Assembly: GCA_963665775.2 (NCBI GenBank) | Contig: CAXXTF010000002.1 | Span: 576,001-640,000, forward strand | From: Dehalococcoidia bacterium | GTDB lineage: Bacteria > Chloroflexota > Dehalococcoidia > SM23-28-2 > RBG-16-64-32 | Length of the DNA stretch: 64,000 bases | Direction: 5' to 3' | In this document: positions 61,346-64,000 of the stretch, piece by piece | Layout: each line of letters opens with the position of its first letter | Position numbering within the stretch: the first letter of the stretch is position 1 | Notes under the pieces: model-generated | What the model was told of the DNA's origin: nothing | Databases searched by the model: none | The model's input: the letters and a program-made list of their open reading frames with translations, nothing else | Translations under genes and position numbers: made by a program

Positions 61346-62485
61346 CTAGCCGAATACCAGCGCAGCCACCTTCTCAGCGGCCTCTTCCTGCATTGCTGGA
61401 ATCGCGTGAGAGTAGGTGTCCAAAGTAATGGATACCGTTGCGTGGCCAAGTCTCTCGCTTACCACCTTTGGGTGGACACCGGCGCTTAGGGCGAGTGTCG
61501 CATGTGTGTGCCGCAGATCATGAAGGCGGATAGGTGGTAAGCCAGTGGCCTTGATGTGCCGCTCGAACCAGGCGGAGAAGCGGTCGGGATGAATCGCCTC
61601 CCCATCCTCAAGACGAAATACTAGGTCGCTGTCCGGCCAATCCTGCCCGAACACGAGCCGTTCCTCAATCTGAACCCTGCGATGCTCACGCAGGGCGGCC
61701 ACAGTGGCCGCGTCCAGCGCCACGGATCGCCTCCCTTTCGCCGTCTTGGGAGTGGAATACGATGGCTTGTTCCGTACTGTAACGAGAGTCTGCGTCACGG
61801 CTATCCTGCCTGCGTCGAGATCGACATCCCGCCAGCGCAGGCCCAGCACCTCACCCCTCCGCATACCTGTCGTGGCGGCCACGAGCCACGCCGCGTATAA
61901 GCGATCATCCTTCACCTGCTCCAAGAAGGCGCGAAGCTCCTGGGCACTCCAGGTTCGCATCTGGCCACCAGTTGAGCTCTGGCGCGGTGGATCGGCAAGA
62001 TCCGAAACATTCCGAGCAAGCTGATTCCACCTCACTGCCTCGGAGAGGGCCTTCCGCAGGATGGTGTGGTTGTAACGCACCGTACGGGCGCTTAGACCTC
62101 CGCTGCCTCCCCTCCTGCCACTCTCTAGCAGTTCCGCGTAGAAAGCGTTCAGGCCAGACGCAGTGAGGCCCTGGAGGGGTGTCGTGCCGATACGCGGGAT
62201 GATATGCGACCCGACGTTCATCTGATAGGATGCCCAGGTCGAGGGTCTAAGCTTCGGCCGGATAGCAGCTAGCCAGCCGCGCAAGAAATGGGCGAGGGTC
62301 TGTTTCGAAGGCTCCACGTAAAGGCCGCTCTGCAACCTGCCGAGAATCTCAGTCAGCGCCTTCGAAGCCTCTCGCTTAGTGTCGAAGCCCGAGTGCCATC
62401 TCTGCTTCCGGCGGCCGTTCTCGTCGTAGCCGGTATCTACAACGACCACCCACTTCTCGCCGCGCCGCCTGATATGTCCTCTCAT
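61346..62485 (-). CDS. Tyrosine integrase with N-terminal arm-binding domain
   Basis: 'MRGHIRRRG', 'TGMRRGEVLGLRW', 'HDLRHTHAT', 'LGHAT..IT..TYSH'. Confidence 0.96.
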   Translation of the reverse strand: MRGHIRRRGEKWVVVVDTGYDENGRRKQRWHSGFDTKREASKALTEILGRLQSGLYVEPSKQTLAHFLRGWLAAIRPKLRPSTWASYQMNVGSHIIPRIGTTPLQGLTASGLNAFYAELLESGRRGGSGGLSARTVRYNHTILRKALSEAVRWNQLARNVSDLADPPRQSSTGGQMRTWSAQELRAFLEQVKDDRLYAAWLVAATTGMRRGEVLGLRWRDVDLDAGRIAVTQTLVTVRNKPSYSTPKTAKGRRSVALDAATVAALREHRRVQIEERLVFGQDWPDSDLVFRLEDGEAIHPDRFSAWFERHIKATGLPPIRLHDLRHTHATLALSAGVHPKVVSERLGHATVSITLDTYSHAIPAMQEEAAEKVAALVFG

Positions 62486-63333
62486 CGATGCGCTCCTTTC
62501 TGTCTCTCGCGAGAACGACGTGCATTACTGCGATTCCTGCATCCCGCATCATGGTATTCCTGACGTGGGTCAACCATCGCATAGAGGCGTCCGCAGCCAT
62601 TGCAGGTGCTCAAACTCCGACCACCCGTGAACGCCTCGTAGGCTTGAAGCCAGGCTACGGAGATCAGATCCTGACAGGAAAATCCGGTTTGGAGCCGACC
62701 AGAACGGTCATCTCTAAGCAGGACAAGGGATACCACCGGGAGGTAGGTTGAAATAGCCATCTGGAGATCCAGCTGCAGGCCGGAGAGTTCGCTGTCACTG
62801 CGCCGCTCCTCGTCGTCCAGCGCATCTTTTTCAAGCGAGCGTACCTGCCGGATTAGTACTAGTGCTTTGTTGAGTTCGTATGCTTCACTGATAAAGTCAG
62901 CCACCCGCCACCCAATGGGGGTAAGTTCGGTTCGGGGAATACGTAACGGTCCATGATCGCGCACGAATCTTAGAACTCGCTGTTGGATACCCCTGTCCTC
63001 TGCGGCCGAGACACTCCAATCAGGTGGCCCGAGTGGTTCACCTCGTCTAGCTATCTCACTTGGTTCTCCCCGTCCTCTGCGCGCCGGAACTTTCGCATCA
63101 ATTTCGCTCGCTATTCGCTCTCCCTCTTGGCAAGCTCTTGCGCCAAGCGCCGCTAGCTCCTCGAAGAGGCGTGGCACCTCATCCAACGGCCGGTAAGGAT
63201 TGTCCCACGGATGCGGCCAGCCTTGGTCGTAGACTATTAAAGGAGGGAGGCTGGCCACATCCGCCAGAACGCTCCACCCTTCGGACTTGCCTCGTGGCCA
63301 CGTGAAAGCCAATATAGTCGTACTTTTCATCAC
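62482..63333 (-). CDS. Hypothetical protein with C-terminal CGNR-like zinc finger
   Basis: 'CNGCGRLY...RQEYHDAGCRNRSNARRSRER'; stop overlaps the integrase ATG. Confidence 0.65.
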   Translation of the reverse strand: MMKSTTILAFTWPRGKSEGWSVLADVASLPPLIVYDQGWPHPWDNPYRPLDEVPRLFEELAALGARACQEGERIASEIDAKVPARRGRGEPSEIARRGEPLGPPDWSVSAAEDRGIQQRVLRFVRDHGPLRIPRTELTPIGWRVADFISEAYELNKALVLIRQVRSLEKDALDDEERRSDSELSGLQLDLQMAISTYLPVVSLVLLRDDRSGRLQTGFSCQDLISVAWLQAYEAFTGGRSLSTCNGCGRLYAMVDPRQEYHDAGCRNRSNARRSRERQKGAHR

Positions 63334-63439
63334 TAGTATTGCAAAAGTAATAGCATCTCAGCTTGTCTCAACATACTATTCTACTTTACGCTTCATCACG
63401 GAACTAGGTCAACCCATCACCATCCTGAGGAGGCAAGAG

Positions 63440-63640
63440 GTGGAAGGCAATAGGACATTGTCCATCGAGGCAGCAGCGAAAGAGATCGGCATCTCACGGT
63501 GGCTTGCATACGACCTGGCTCGAAGGGGCAAATTTCCGTGCCGTATCCTGCGAGTGGGCCGCCTTCTAAAAGTGCCCCGTGCCGAGCTGGAGCGCCTGCT
63601 AGGCGAGCAGGAACATGAGCTCGGGGGTCGTAGAGGTTGA
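63440..63640 (+). CDS. Excisionase-like HTH_17 DNA-binding protein
   Basis: 'TLSIEAAAKEIGISRWLAYDLARRGKFP..RVGR...VP'; GAGGAGG SD. Confidence 0.85.
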   Translation: MEGNRTLSIEAAAKEIGISRWLAYDLARRGKFPCRILRVGRLLKVPRAELERLLGEQEHELGGRRG

Positions 63641-63704
63641 CTTACAGGCGCTGGCTCACCGGGGCTACCAGGGAGCGACCCTTCAGCAAGGGACGAGGCG
63701 CGGG

Positions 63705-64000
63705 ATGACGTTGCCAACGCTCCCTGGGGTCGCCTGTCCTCTCTGTCGGAAGTCCGTCAAGGAAGCGCCGGATGGCTCCCTGCTATGCACGAACTGCCGT
63801 TTGCCCGTAGACCGCTGTGACTTAATTCCAGATGGCGCTGCCGAGGCCAGAAAGGAACATTTCGTTCAAGCCCGGAGCAATAACGGACGGACGCCAGACC
63901 GTCAGCCGAAGTATCGGACTCTTCGCGAAATAGCGGCGAACCCCGTACCAGAGCCACCGATGCAGATAGATGGGATCTGCAGGGAGGGTGAAGTCGGTAT
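63705..64000 (+). CDS. Zn-ribbon plus probable AAA (RepA/AAA_25-like) replication protein, 3' truncated
   Basis: Open frame to window end: MTLPTLPGVACPLCRK...LCTNCR...TLREIAANPVPEPPMQIDGICREGEVG. Confidence 0.55.
   Translation, partial: MTLPTLPGVACPLCRKSVKEAPDGSLLCTNCRLPVDRCDLIPDGAAEARKEHFVQARSNNGRTPDRQPKYRTLREIAANPVPEPPMQIDGICREGEVG

Larger units (their letters stand above)
61049..64000. mobile_element. Left end of an integrative element (satellite/IME-like), continues beyond window
   Basis: Integrase, divergent xis and rep-like ORF; lower GC; TGCAAA repeats at about 61112-61150; boundary approximate. Confidence 0.75.

Overview
High-GC bacterial chromosome segment, most consistent with a Chloroflexota (Dehalococcoidia/SAR202-like) organism. 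This is inferred from gene content: short EF-Ts, dapL, archaeal-type apgM, and nusA-infB-rbfA-truB followed by ino1. Most of it is housekeeping: cca, rnc-smc-ftsY, purE/purD/guaA, pgk-apgM-tpiA-miaA-dapF-dapL-hflX, ctpA-smpB-ssrA, rpsB-tsf-pyrH-frr-uppS-cdsA-dxr-rseP-ispG, proS, nusA-ylxR-infB-rbfA-truB. Unusual elements: (1) A complete 2002-bp IS1595-family element (25-bp TIRs, 8-bp TSD) carries a proteasome-beta/Ntn-hydrolase-like cargo gene. It is inserted exactly at the dyad centre of the predicted ArsR operator/-35 box of an arsR-arsM operon. (2) An actinobacterial-style phosphatidylinositol(-mannoside) cluster (ino1, PatA-like, PHP phosphoesterase, PimA-like, PgsA/PIPS-like), whose PHP gene is a candidate PIP phosphatase. 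(3) A dif-like site near an apparent GC-skew switch. (4) A 24-bp REP-like in-frame insertion in ftsY. (5) A probable non-canonical ATC start for hflX. (6) The left end of an integrative element (int, CGNR-like ORF, xis, Zn-ribbon/AAA rep) preceded by a tRNA 3'-like fragment. All calls are from reading motifs by eye; no database searches were run.
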